DNA from: Octopus sinensis
Taxonomy: Eukaryota
Length of the DNA: 64,000 nt
Assembly: GCF_006345805.1 (NCBI RefSeq)
Contig: NC_043010.1
Coordinates: forward strand, 12,028,001 to 12,092,000
Direction: 5' to 3'
The translations under genes were made by a program, and so were the position numbers. The notes beneath the pieces are model-generated. The model had not been told where the DNA came from, ran no database searches, and was given only the letters and a program-made list of their open reading frames with translations. Position 1 is the stretch's first letter, and the number at the start of each line of letters is the position of its first letter. Below, one piece after another: positions 28,291 to 41,604 of the stretch.

Positions 28291-29013
28291 CTGACTTCAG
28301 GCAGAGGTCAGAGGTCAGACGCTAGAGGGACAGTAGGGAAGATAACAGGCTTCCTTCAGCTTTTGTCGACCAAATCCACTCACCAGGCCTTGCTCAGTCC
28401 AGAGCTACAGTAGAAGACACCTGCCCAAGGCATTTTTTCTCAGCAAAACTAAATGAATATAGAGGGGAGCCCATGAAATTATTTATCAAATGTTAACCTG
28501 ATCCAAACATCATTATTGTTGTCATTGTTGCCAAAGTTATTTTATGTTTGCTTTCTAGAGTGACATGGATGGGTTGGATGGGTTAGATGGTTGTCACAGT
28601 CTGAGTCATTTTGATCAGGTAGTGGAGGTGCATGGCTTAGTGGTTATAGTGTGAATTCATGATTGTAAGATTGTGGTTTTGAATTCTAGATTAGGTAAGG
28701 CATTGAGTTCTTGAACAAAATACTGCATTTCACATTGCTCCAGTCCTCTCAGCTGGTAAAAATGAGTGACCCCGAGATGGACCAGAGTCCAGTTCAGGGA
28801 AGAATATATATGCCAGAGAAACTGGGAAACCAGTCATGCTCCTTATGGAGTAATGTAGACTGACCCAGACTGCTAGATCGATTGGAGGACCACATCTCAC
28901 ATACACTTAATCCTATATTTTTATGTGTAGGATCTATAAAGTGTAATTGAACACTAATTTCATTGGTTGCCTCCATCCCATAGAACTGAACTGACAGGCT
29001 GATTTTTCATACA

Positions 29014-29053
<40 letters not shown>

Positions 29054-29096
29054 CATACACGTACACATTTACACATACGCATAAGGTATATGCATC

Positions 29097-29982
29097 TAAG
29101 TCATGGATATTATTGATATGCCAGTGCAGCTAACTATATTTCACAATATATATTGCACTTTTGTCAAATTAAGTCCTTCTACACCCAGCTGAACCAAGCA
29201 ATCTATACAATGAGGACAACTTCAGATAGGGTGAACTAAGCTAAACCGAGCAAGGTGAAGCAATATCACCCAAATTTAAGTCAATCTCAAGGAATCAGCA
29301 TGAAAATAAGCTTATCTAAGCTAGACTTAGCCAAATCAAGCGAATCTTGCATAATTATGCAGAATCAAACATCAGAACACTAAGCCAGACTAAATTAACT
29401 TTTGATGTGCATAAGAAGTTGATAATTTAGGATAAAATATCCAAGCATAAGAAATTATTGTCAGCAACATTTAGAGTGTATGGCTTTAATATCTATTTAT
29501 GTAGTTGAATGGAGATGGTGATAAAGTATAGGTAGGCTGGTTGCGGATGGTCTGAAATAGAGTGAATTTGATTGGAAATAAAAACAAAAGAGGTTTATTG
29601 ACTGTGACATGAGTGGAAATTAGAGAATGCTTGTGTACCAAAGGACAGATTAAGTAAAAACTCGTAGTTTATATGAAGTGATGTCACATGAGAATGTGTG
29701 AAGCAAAGAGATGGACACGACTTAAGAATATAGAGAAAAATAGGAAATAATTTATTCTGATATCTTTGCTTTCACAAATGTTAATCAGAAACATTTACAC
29801 AGAGAGATTAAGTTTTCAGACACTGGCTCTTCTGAGGAATTCACAAAATAGCTTCGTATTACGGGAAAATTTCTAAAGTTATGAAAGTGCTTATTGTTAT
29901 TAAGATGACATATTTTTTGGAGTATTAATCTTCAATTATTCCAATCTAATATGGGTGTCCTTTCCAACACCCTAAAATAGTG
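29097..29982 (+). repeat. Left arm of ~0.9 kb inverted duplication (partner 35588-36484)
   Basis: Colinear reverse-complement match; about 2 mismatches in a 120-bp block checked by eye. Confidence 0.92.
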
Positions 29983-30430
29983 CCCTTCAAGGCTAAGCGT
30001 CTACTGTCAGTAAATTCTCCTCCTTCTCTTCATCCTCATCATCATCATCATCCCTTTATCTCTCCTTCTCTCTCTTTCTTTCCAAGAGAGCCATGGTTGG
30101 ACACAACAACTGAGTTATAGACTGATTTATATATGACTTAGAAATAGTTTGGATCAATCCATGGTTCTAGACAGATTTTTTTATTTCATCAGCCCCAGAA
30201 GAATGGAAGGTAAAGATAACGTTGGAAAAATATTCAATCCAGAATACAAGGAACCAGAATAAATACTACAAGGCATTTGTCTGATCCTCTAACAACCTGG
30301 TCAATCAACAGCCATCAAGTCAATGATATCAATTAATGTATTCATTGGTGCCTAGAATGAAGGCTTAGAGAGTCATCACAGAATGTTCACTGAAAGAGGC
30401 ATCTCATTGACAAGTATTGATGAGGTACAA

Positions 30431-30901
30431 AGGTGGCAAGCTGGCAGAATCGTTAGCATGCCAGGTGAAATGCTTAGCGGTATTTCGTCTGCTGTTATGT
30501 CCTGAGTTCAAATTCCGCCGAGGTCGACTTTGCCTTTCATCCTTTCGGGGGTCGATAAATTAAGTACCAGTCACGCACTGGAGTCAATATAATCGACTTA
30601 ATCCCTTTGTCTGTCCTTGTTTGTCTCCTCTATGTTTAGCCCCTTGTGAGAAATATAAAAAATAAGAAAAAGGCAGTGAGCTGGCAGAAATGTTAGCATG
30701 CCGGGCGAAATGCTTAGCGGTATTTCGTCTGCCGTTACGTTCTGAGTTCAAATCCCGCCGAGGTCGACTTTGCCTTTCATCCTTTCGGGGTCGATAAATT
30801 AAGTACCAGTTACGCACTGGGATCGATGTAATCGACTTAATACCTATGTCTGTCCTTGTTTGTCCCCTTTATGTTTAGCCCCTTGTGGGCAATAAAGAAA
30901 T
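30431..30901 (+). mobile_element. SINE family C head-to-tail dimer within one 19-bp TSD
   Basis: AAGTAYTGATGAGGTACAA at 30412-30430 and 30902-30920. The body carries GCCTTTCATCCTTTCGGGGTCGATAAATTAAGTACCAG (Deu/Nin-domain-like, from memory). Confidence 0.88.
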
Positions 30902-30980
30902 AAGTACTGATGAGGTACAATGAACAAAAATCACAGACAAGTGAAGTAAAATAGCTCAATTGTACAGCAAGGAATGTTTA

Positions 30981-31552
30981 CCCGTTTAGCATTCAGATTA
31001 TTCTCTCAAATGCAATACTTGTTTATTCACATTGTCTTGAATTAATCAGGTATTATCTCATAGCTTTGAGATTCCAATGATATGATTGTTGTGTCTGGGG
31101 AGAGTCATTTTCTTTTTGTGCCTTATAATTTAACACACTCACCGGTAAAATTTCCACTTTTTTCTTTTTTTTTTTATTGTCTTAAAATTTTCGTTGCGTC
31201 ATGCAACCTTTTCAATAGTTTTGACTCTCAAAACTATTGAAAAGGTTGCAAGACACAACGGAAATTTTAGGACAATAAAAAAAAAATACGAAAAAAGTGG
31301 AAATTTTACCAGTGAGTGTGTTAAATTATAAGGCACAAAAAGAAAATGACTCTCCCCAGACACAACAGAATATGCTTCAACACATCAACTCGTATAAAGA
31401 ATCTTGCAAACCAAATCCCAAAACAAAATGATATGATTGTTTCTCTTTTAGAATGACATTGTAGGAAAGATGTGAAAGGCTGGATATAGCTGGTCTGAAC
31501 ATAAAACAGGTAGAATATTGAACCAGATATGGTCAGTTTAAAAGCTAAAGGG
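30981..31552. mobile_element. MITE E1 interrupted by a hairpin retroposon
   Basis: E1 ends present. Removing the insert restores the sequence seen in the 4128 and 61753 copies. Confidence 0.75.
31087..31430 (+). mobile_element. Palindromic (139-bp arms, 3-nt loop) element with 3' A-rich extension and 15-bp TSD
   Basis: TSD AATGATATGATTGTT at 31076-31090 and 31427-31441. Second copy at 41189-41604. Confidence 0.85.
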
Positions 31553-31662
31553 TTAGAGAAATATCAATAGGTTAGTGATGAGTGGAAAAGCTAATATTTC
31601 AGGCTCATTTCAATGAAGTGTGAAGGAAAACAAAGGTGTAATAATTATTAGTAAAATGCTGA

Positions 31663-32340
31663 AGGCGGCGAGCTAGCAGAATTGTTTGCAAGCTGGACAA
31701 AATGTTTAGTGATATTTCGTCTGTCATTACGTTGAGTTCAAATTCCACCGAGGTCAACTTTGCCTTTCATCCTTTCGGAGTTGATTAAATAAGTATCCGT
31801 TATGCACTGGGGTCGATGTAATCGACTTAAGCCCTTTGTCTGTCCTTGTTTCTTCCCTCTATGTTTAGCCTCTTGTGGGCAATAAAGAAATAAGAAATGT
31901 TAGCACGCTGGGTGAAATGCTTAGTGGCATTTCGTCTGTCTTTAAGTTCTGAGTTCAAATTCCACCAAGGTCAACTTTGCTTTTCATCCTTTCAGGGTCG
32001 ATAAAATAAGTACCAGTCAAGTATTGAGATTGACATAATCGACTTCACCCTCCCCTCAAAAACTACTGGCTTTGTGCCAAAATTTGAAACTGTAATTATT
32101 AAAATGCTGTAAAGCGGTGACTTTAGCAGATTCATTAGAACATCGTAAAAATGCTTCATGGCATCTGTTCTACCTCTTTACATTCTGAGTTCAAACCCTA
32201 CCAAGATCAACTTTGTCTCTCCTTCTTTTAGGGGTTCAATAAAATAAAGTGCCAGCCAAATATTACAGTCAGTGTTATCAATTAATGCCCCTGTCTCAAA
32301 AAAATTCTGGTCTTATGCCTGAATTAGAAACCATTAATAG
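31663..32340 (+). mobile_element. Three successive SINE C copies
   Basis: Repeated GAGTTCAAATTCCACC...TTTCATCCTTTC core. Confidence 0.8.
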
Positions 32341-32712
32341 GAGGATGTTTTTGCCAGAGTCTTTAGATTCTAAATTTTACTCATCCACTGAAACTGGCTT
32401 GCTGGCTTAGCTCACTCTGAATGTGCCACCAGCCATCTCCATCACTGTGAAGCTGTGCCATTAACAAAGTTAAATTTAAATTCTGAAAATCCCACTGATT
32501 TGAGAAAACAAAAATATTTAACAAATCAATAAGTACCAACCATATCAGGTACTCCTGATCTCAACCAATAGCAAAGATCTTCAAAGAGACCATCCAAAGT
32601 CGTATCATGTCTTTTGAATAAAAGCAACAGAATTATTTTTTAAAAAGAGTATTAACTAAGGGTCAAAACCTGTCAGTTAATCTACTAGCCAGTACAAATC
32701 TATAACCTATTC

Positions 32713-33260
32713 TATTGGGTTGTCCAGAAAGTTTGTGCCGATTTATTTTAGAACATGGTTGAGTCCATAAAATAGGATTTGACTACACTACAATTTAGAG
32801 CACAGTTAAGCTATCATTTTGTAGAAGAAGGTTTATGTTCCTATAACCTGTGTTAATTCTGTAACCCTTTAAAATGGAAGATAAGAAAGTTCATTTTCGG
32901 CACTTGATGCTTTGGGAACCAGACAAAAATTGCTACAGCTCAGCTGGGATGTGTTACCTCATGCTCCATATTCACCAGATATTGCTCCTTCGGATTTCTA
33001 CTTATTCAAGGTCTCTGCAGAATAGTCTTAATGGTAAAAATTTCCATTCCTAGGATGATGTAAAAAGATACCTTGATGAATTCTTTGCCATGAAACCACC
33101 TCAATTCTAGGAAGAGGGTATTTTCAAGTTAAAGGAAAGATGGAGACGCATTGTGCAACAAAATGGTTCATATTAGGTTGATTAAAAATGTAATGGCAAG
33201 TATTTATTGACCTTTTTCTTTCCTTTAAAAATTGGCACGAACTCTCCGGACAACCCAATA
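32713..33260 (+). mobile_element. Internally deleted mariner transposon with both TIRs and TA TSD
   Basis: TA|TTGGGTTGTCCAGAAAGTTTGTGCC...GGCACGAACTCTCCGGACAACCCAA|TA. MEDKKVHFRHLMLW is fused to QKLLQLSWDVLPHAPYSPDIAPSDFYLF...WRRIVQQNG. Confidence 0.93.
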
Positions 33261-33499
33261 CATACATATGTAAACTATTCTAAATACATATCTACATACA
33301 AACACCATCATGTATTCCAGACACCAACATGTATGCCATGAAATGTCATAAGCTATAAAAACCAAATCAAAGCCGTATAATACAGTTTTAGCAGTTACTT
33401 CATACAGCCATTCATTAATTAGAGTGACAGGCTGCCAAATTAGGAAACACTTTGAATCCAACCAATAACAACAACTCGGTTATATTTAATACTGGTTTC

Positions 33500-34075
33500 A
33501 AATTTGGGCAGAAAGCCAGCAGTTTTGGGGAGGTGAGAAATCAATTAAATCAACCCCAGTGCTCAAATGATACTTATTTTATCGACCCGTAAAGAATAAA
33601 GGCAAAGTCAACCTCAGAAGAATTTCAACTCAAAATGTAGAGACAGATGAAATACCTATTCTTTACTACCCACAAGGGGCTAAACACAGAGAGGACAAAC
33701 ACAAGGATAGACAAACGAATTAAGTTGATTACATCGACCCCAGTACATAACTGGTACTTATTTAATCGACCCCGAAAGGATGAAAGGCAAAGTCGACCTC
33801 GGCGGAATTTGAACTCAGAACGTAGTGGCAGATGAAATACCTATTTCTTTACTACCCCCAAGGGGCTAAACGGAGAGAGGACAAACACAAGGACAGACAA
33901 ACGGATTAAGTCGATTATATCGACCCCAGTGCATAACTGGTACTTATTTAATTGACCCCGAAAGGATGAAAGGCAAAGTCGACCTCGACGGAATTTGAAC
34001 TCAGAACGTAGCGGCAGACGAAATACCGCTAAGCATTTCACCCAGCGTGCTAACGTTTCTGCCAGCTTGCCACCT
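33500..34075 (-). mobile_element. SINE C multimer (one headed unit plus head-less units)
   Basis: Junctions at about 33655 and 33842. Confidence 0.85.
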
Positions 34076-34166
34076 GATGAAATACCACCAAGCATCTTAC
34101 CTGGCACAGCAACGATTCTGCCAGCCCATCACCTTACAGTCACATTTAATATTACTATTTAAGCTA

Positions 34167-34378
34167 AGGCAGAGAGCTGACAGAATCACTAGCAAACTGA
34201 GCAAAAATACTTAGTGACATTTCATCTGTCTTTATGTCCTGAGTTCAAATTCCACCAAAGCTGACTTTGCCTTTTATCATTTTGGGGTGTGTAAAATAAG
34301 TACCAGTTGAACAGTGGGGTTGATGTAATCAACTTACACTACACCCTGAACTTGCTGGCCTTGTACCAAAATTTGAAA
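34167..34378 (+). mobile_element. SINE C variant, diverged
   Basis: Head and core match; 3' end ..CCAAAATTTGAAA. Confidence 0.7.
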
Positions 34379-34380
34379 TC

Positions 34381-34657
34381 GGCCATCCGATCATGGCCGT
34401 TGCCAGCCTCGCCTGGCCTCCGTGACGGTGGTACATAAAAAGCACCATCCGACCGTGGCCGTTTGCCAGCCTCGTCTGGCACCTGTGCCGGTGGCATGTA
34501 AAAAGTACCCACTACACTCATGGAGTGGTTGGCGTCCAGCCGTAGAAACATTGCCAGATCAGACTGGGCCTGGTGCAGCCTTCTGGCTTCCCAGACCCCA
34601 GTTGCACCGTCCAACCCATGCCAGCATGGAAAGCGGACGCTAAACGATGATGATGAT
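34381..34657 (+). mobile_element. SINE family D with ~62-bp internal tandem module and (GAT)n tail
   Basis: CCGTCCAACCCATGCCAGCATGGAAAGCGGACGCTAAACGATGATGAT. Confidence 0.85.
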
Positions 34658-35587
34658 AATACTGCTTAAACTTCTTTAGTCATCAGAACTCAACTGACTC
34701 AATCTGATATGATAATAACTATTATAAACTCACTTGTGATTTAAACATTCATAACTCTATTGTAAAAAAATTGTATTCTCTGCTCTAAAATTTTCTTTTT
34801 ATTTGCTAAGTTACTGTAATAAATTTAACATAGAGAGCATTAAAAAACCTACCTAGAAATAATTATTTGCTGATGGAAAACAATGTTTATCAATGACTAA
34901 TTAATATTATTTGAGAAAGTATGGGAGACAACTCCAAATATGTTTCAATCTTATTATGACCTCATTATTTCAGAAAATCAATTTTCTATTGTCACTGATT
35001 TTTGTTATACTGGATGACACATGGTAGACAGTTGAAAAACTTTTGGTCAATGATGCAAATTAGCATGCAATCTTTAGTATATTTGGATGATTTAATCATT
35101 GCTGGAATTAAAATGTTACTGTACAAAATACGAATTCAAACAGTTGTTCTGTTATAGCAAAGTTTGACCAATAACAGGAAAAAATATTAGTGTAGAGATA
35201 AGTACCGGACATAAGTCAGTTTTATGATTTGTACTTGGAATTCATTTTTGCAGAAATGATAAATAATGAATAGCTAATTACAATAGCATAGACCGTCTCC
35301 TCTGATAGCATTTTACATTTAAAAACGACTAAAGCTATTTTGATTGGATGTATTTGGAAGCTTTCCAAATATGTTGCTGACCATTCTCTGAATCATAGAA
35401 ATCAGGTTTCAAAACTTTATCAGGTTGGAGCAGAAGAACAAGTTCCAGTAGAAGAACAAATAAATGGGCTGCTATGGAGGGGAAAGAGAGACAGACAGAC
35501 AGACAGGTAGACATGGTGAGAGAGACAGATACAGAGACAGACAGACAGAGTGATAAATGTTTGCTGAAGATAGCTAATTTTAATGCA

Positions 35588-36484
35588 CACTATTTGGGGA
35601 GGGTGGAAGGGACACCCATAATAGGTTAGAATAATTGAAGATTAATACTCCAAAAAATTATCATCTTAATAACAATAAGCTCTTTCATAACTTTAGAAAT
35701 TTTCCCGTAATACGAAGCTATTTTGTGAATTCCTCAGAAGAGCCAGTGTCTGAAAACTTAATCTCTCTGTGTAAATGTTTCTGATTAACATTTGTGAAAG
35801 TGAAGATATCAGAATAAATAATTTCCTATTTTTCTCTATATTGTTAAGTCGCGTACATCTCTTTGCTTCACACATTCTCATGTGACATCACTTCATATAA
35901 ACTACGAGTTTTTACTTAATCTGTCCTTTGGTACACAAGCATTCTTTAATTTCCACTCATGTCACAGTCAATAAACCTCTTTTGTTTTTATTTCCAATCA
36001 AATTCACTCTCTTTCAGACCATCCGCAACCAGCCTACCTATACTTTATCACCATCTCCATTCAACTACATAAATAGATATTAAAGCCATACACTCTAAAT
36101 GTTGCTGACAATAATTTCTTATGCTTGGATATTTTATCCTAAATTATCAACTTCTTATGCACATCAAAAGTTAATTTAGTTTGGCTTAGTGTTCTGTTGT
36201 TTGATTCTGCATAATTATGCAAGATTCGCTTGATTTGGCTAAGTCTAGCTTAGATAAGCTTATTTTCATGCTGATTCCTTGAGATTGACTTAAATTTGGG
36301 TGATATTGCTTCACCTTGCTCGGTTTAGCTTAGTTCACCCTATCTGAAGTTGTCCTCATTGTATAGGTTGTATGGTTCATTGTATAGGTTGTTTGGGTGT
36401 AGAAGGACTTAATTTGACAAAAGTGCAATATATATTGGGAAATTAGGTTAGCTGCACTGGCATATCAATAATATCCATGACTTA
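35588..36484 (-). repeat. Right arm of ~0.9 kb inverted duplication
   Basis: Reverse complement of 29097-29982, with a small internal duplication at about 36355-36395. Confidence 0.92.
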
Positions 36485-36512
36485 TCTAAATGGATTGTCC
36501 CTATGTGTGTAT

Positions 36513-36912
36513 ACTCTTTTACTCTTTTACTTGTTTCAGTCATTTGACTGCGGCCATGCTGGAGCACCGCCTTTAGTCGAGCAAATCGACCCCGGAATTT
36601 ATTCTTTGTAAGCCCAGTACTTATTCTATCGGTCTCTTTTGCTGAACCGCTAAGTGACGGGGACGTAAACACATCAGCATCGGTTGTTAAGCAATGCTAG
36701 GGGGACAAACACAGACACACAAACACATACATATATATATACATATATACGACAGGCTTCTTTCAGTTTCCGTCTACCAAATCCACTCACAAGGCATTGG
36801 TCGGCCCGGGGCTATAGCAGAAGACACTTGCCCAAGATGCCACACAGTGGGACTGAACCCGGAAACATGTGGTTGGTTAGCAAGCTACTTACCACACAGC
36901 CACTCCTGCGCC
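36513..36912 (-). mobile_element. SINE family A, full length
   Basis: Family A match. Confidence 0.9.
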
Positions 36913-36976
36913 TGTATATATACATGCATGCATATATGCATGCATACATACATATATAGACACATATCTATATATA

Positions 36977-37215
36977 CAGCAATCCCTTGACTATCGCAGG
37001 TGTTACATTCCAAACCCCACCCCCGCGATAGGTGAAAATCTGCAAAGTAGAAACAGTACTGTACTGTATAATTTTTTCATTATTTTTGTAATTTGTGTAT
37101 ATTTATTTTAGTATAAACGCAAACCAACACCAAGGAGGAATGTATGTAAGCGTAAATAATAAACCACGATAGGTGAACCGTGATAGGTAAACCGCAATAT
37201 GGCAAGGGCTTACTC
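36977..37215. mobile_element. pogo/Tigger-like MITE, TA-flanked
   Basis: TA|CAGCAATCCCTTGACTATCGC...GCAATATGGCAAGGGCTTACTC|TA, an imperfect TIR. Confidence 0.65.
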
Positions 37216-37217
37216 TA

Positions 37218-37632
37218 TACTCTTTTACTCTTACTCTTTTACTTGTTTCAGTCATTCGAGTGTGGCCATGCTGGAGCACTACCTTTAGTCAAAGAAATCG
37301 ACCCCAGGACTTATTCTTTGTAATCCTAGTACTTATTCTATCGGTCTCTTTTGCTGAACTGCTAAGTTACGGGGATGTAAACACACCAGCATCGGTGGTC
37401 AAGCAATGTTGGGGGGGACAAACACAGACACACAAACATATACACACATATATATACACATATATACACATATATGATGAGCTTCTTTCAGTCTCCGTCT
37501 ACCAATTCCACTCACAAGGCTTTGGTCGGCCCAAGGTCATAGTAGAAGACACTTGCCCAAGGTGCCACACAGTGGGACTGAACCCAGGACCATGTGGTTG
37601 GTAAGCAAGCTACTTACCACACAGCTACTCCT
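37218..37632 (-). mobile_element. SINE family A
   Basis: Family A match. Confidence 0.88.
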
Positions 37633-37800
37633 ATATGTAGTTGTATATCTTATATGCATATATAGAGAAAGATAAATGTTTTAAATATTTTTTGAAGTCA
37701 AAACATTATAGGTTATAAAGAAAATTAGTAATACAGTTCAATGGTTGGTATTTCAAAATTTCAGGTTTAGGCTCCCTTTTCCAGGAAAATTATCGAGAAA

Positions 37801-37834
<34 letters not shown>

Positions 37835-39129
37835 ATGTGTGTGAGGAGTATAGAATGTTCATTGTCTATTTGTATAGAGGGACAAAATTAAATACTAAAA
37901 ACGTATTTAGTACAGCATTCTTCTATTTCTTCCTGCCCTACCAAAATTTTATAATTTTCTCCAAATTAATTTTCTATTTTATCTTTTATTTTTTACTTGT
38001 TTCCAACATTTTGTATAGTGAAACTGTATACCCCCCCGCCCAATAAAAAGTGGTAGTAGCCAGCCATTATAAATAGACCAGTAGCCAGTCAATAGTCAGG
38101 AATGTCAGAAGGTCGAGAGTACATGTAGATTGTGTTGATAGTCGTGTCTGTGCTGATATAGTAATTATACTGTGATACTCAGTGGACATTATATTGATCC
38201 AACCTTTTGAGGATAGTAACACTGTATGACTGGGTGGGGGTCATACGGTGCCAGGTAGAAACATTCTATCGACGACTTCGGAATATAACAATATCTGTCA
38301 GAGCGACAACCGTCATCAAAAGACAGATGCAACAGTGGCAAAAGACTGCTTTACAACAAGTCAATAGACTGCAGCCATGCTGGGGCACCACCTTGAAAAC
38401 ATAATGACAGGTGAAATGTTACTGAGTGTCTTGCCCAAGTGTTAGTGATTCTGCCAGAGCCCTAAGATTCATAAGGCTGGTTACTCAATTTCCCATAGTG
38501 TATAGGGGACTGAGATTACAACATTTCCCTGAGTGAGGTGTCAATCTGGAACAGGATTCGAGACCAGGAATTTAAGAATTTTAAGTGAAGGGTCAAGTCA
38601 TTTACATCAACTCCGGTACTTGATTGCTATTTTATTTTATTATCTCTGAAGGAATGCAAGCTAAGCTACCCTCATCAGGATTTGAACTCAGAATGTAATG
38701 AGTTAGAAAGAATTTTGCTAAGCATTTCGTCCCATGTGCTAACAATTCTGCTAACTCATCTGGGATTCTTTATATGGATATTTTATATGGATATATATAT
38801 ATATGTGTGTGTGGTTATATATATACACACAGTACTTGCCTAAAAAATTATTTTATCAACACCCATTTACATCTAGAATGCATTGTGGGAATACCAATGA
38901 GTCTCAGTATTTCACTGATAACTTTTTTTAATTTTATGGCGTTCAGAAATATGAAAGGCAAAATATCCTCTCAGCAGGATTTGAACTGAGAAAGGGAAAA
39001 AGCTTTAACCAAGCACTACAAGGAAGGAGCTTCATCTGAAGTTCTAGCGATTCAGCCATTCTCAAATCCATAATTCAATGATATCAATATTGAATATTTA
39101 TGTGAAACAGATACAATAGCATAAACAAC

Positions 39130-39600
39130 GATGTTGATGATAATGGTGGCAGCGGCGGCGGTGGTGGTGGTGGCGGTGGCGGTTCTGCTAGTGGTGGTGG
39201 TGGTGATGGTGGTGGTGGTGGTGGTGGTGGTGGTGGTGATGGTGGTGGTGGTTGTGGTGGTAGCGGTGGTGGTGGTGGTGGTGGTTGTGGTGGTAGTGGA
39301 GGTTGTGGCTGTAGTGGCGGTGGTGGTGGTGGTGGTGGTTCTGCTGGTGGTGATTCTGCTGGTGGTAGTGGAGTTTGTGGTTGTAGTGGTGGTGGTGGTG
39401 GTGGAGGTGGTCGTTGTGGTCATGGTCATAGTAGTGGTCGTGATGGTGGTGGTCATAGTGGTGGTTTTGGTAGTGGTGGTGGTGGTGGTCATGGTCATAA
39501 TAGTGGTGACCATGGTGGTGGTCATGATGGTGGTCATGGTGGTGGCCATGGTTGTGGTGGTGTGGTGGTGGTAATGGTGGTAGTGGTGGTTGTGGTGTCA
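39130..39600. repeat. (GGT)n-type degenerate trinucleotide array
   Basis: Direct reading. Confidence 0.92.
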
Positions 39601-40056
39601 TTGTACCGGGCATTATGATCCAGATGATATGAGAAGATGAGTATAAGTAGGTGGTTATTGATCATGATTACCATGATAATTATAATTCTATTTTCAGCCC
39701 CTTAATTGTTATTAGTTGGGAGACAATTTAAGGGAAACAATGAGAAAGAGAGAGAGAGAGAGAGAGAAATTAAAAAGGAAAGAAAGAGAAATCATGCAAA
39801 AGGCAAAAAAAGGGAGGGGAGTTCAAGGTGGGGTAGGAGTGGAGAATGGAGAGTGTGGAAGTGAGGGAAAGGAGAAAGGAGAGGGAAAGAGTAAGACAAT
39901 AGGTAAATAGGGGAGGAAAAGGGAGAGAATAGATTTGAAAAGAGAGTGAAAGAGTGTTGAGGAAAGAAATGGTGAGAATAGACTGAGAGCAAGAGGGACA
40001 CACACACACACACACACATATATGCATGTGTGTGTGTATATTATACAATATAATAT

Positions 40057-40088
<32 letters not shown>

Positions 40089-41188
40089 TATACACACACA
40101 TAAACATAAATATATATACATATACATATATGTACATATATATATATATATATGCATATGCACACATACATACACACACATGCACACATACACACATTCA
40201 CAGGCACACACACAACACACACATGCACACATGCACACATGCATATAGACAGATAGAGGAGGAGATGGGGAGGAAAAGAGAGAGAGAGAGACAGAGACAG
40301 GGAGAAAGAGAGAGTGAGAATTCTTGGAGAGGAGAAAGACTGGAAGACAATGGAGAAAGTTGTTTCAAAGAAAGAAAGAAAGAAAGAAAAAAAGAAAGAA
40401 AGAAAACATTAGAAGAAAAAGAAGGTAAAGAATGTGAAAGAGAAAGAGTAGGAGTAGGAGAAGTGAATTGCATAAAAGTTGGAGGCTGGGAGAAATGGAA
40501 GACAGAAAATTTTTCCTTGAGAATTGACAGATAATTTATTGACAATTGTGGTAAGTTTGATTATGAGCAAGAAGAGAGACAGACAAGGAATGGTCAAGAA
40601 CATTGAAATCTACTTCCCCAGGAGAGCTTAAGGCTATGTCTCATGCTGACCCTGTCCATGTTATTAAGCCGTTTTAACAAATCTTCACATCGTGTCTGTT
40701 ACATGTTTATGCACTGTGCAACGATGGCTAACACACATAATATAAGTTAAGTATGAGTCACATATAGAAGCATGTGGTGAAAAATATTGATTTATCTGTT
40801 TTGCAACTAGGCACAAGGAACTTAGATGTATGGAAGAGAAAATTGGGGGGAAATGGCTTGTTTTAATTTAAATATTGTGCGGTTTGTAAAGACTTTTGTA
40901 ACATTTCCAGAAGTCATTAGAGATCCACTGAGGAAGCTTCACTTTGGATGCTCAACTTACTAGAAATAGCAAGCAATTTCCTCAAAATTACACTTTTCTG
41001 AATAATGTGATGCTCAAGTTAAAACAAACACAAGCCCCATGATTGAAAATCAGAAAAAGATAAAGAATAAAATATGCAAAAAGACAGAATGGTCATGGCT
41101 GGAATATCTTTGATCATAGGTCTGCTCAACCATGCCTGATATGGGGACTAAACAACAACAAAATTAGCAGCATAACTAAAATGAGATA

Positions 41189-41604
41189 TTCTGTTGTGTC
41201 TGGGGAGAATCATTTCCTTTTTGTGTCTTATAATTTAACACACTCACCGGTAAAATTTTCACTTAATTTTTATTTTGATTTTCCTAAAATTTTCGTTGCA
41301 CCTTACAACCTTTTCAGACAATTGAAAAGGTTGCAGGACACAATGAAAAATTTTAGGAAAATAAAAATAAGAAATAAATGGAAATTTTACTGGTGAGTGT
41401 GTTTAATTATAAGGCACAAAAAGGAAATGCCTCTCCAACGAAAATTTTAGGAAAATAAAAATAAGAAATATGTGGAAATTTTACCGGTGAGTGTGTTACA
41501 TTTATAAGGCACAAAAAGAAAATGATTCTCCCCAGACACAACAGAATATGCTTTAACACACGAACTCACATGAAGAATCTTGCAAACCAAATCCAAAAAC
41601 AAAA
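41189..41604 (+). mobile_element. Second copy of the palindromic element, with a partial duplication of the right arm and 12-bp TSD
   Basis: TAAAATGAGATA at 41177-41188 and 41605-41616. Shares the 3' extension ..GAATCTTGCAAACCAAATCC. Confidence 0.85.

Noticed and set aside
30431-30901. Regularly spaced repeats resembling a CRISPR array
   Set aside because: Eukaryotic SINE multimers of about 230 bp; no spacers and no cas genes.
39052-39613. Mucin-like poly-Thr ORF (165 aa)
   Set aside because: (ACC)n microsatellite, open in three frames.
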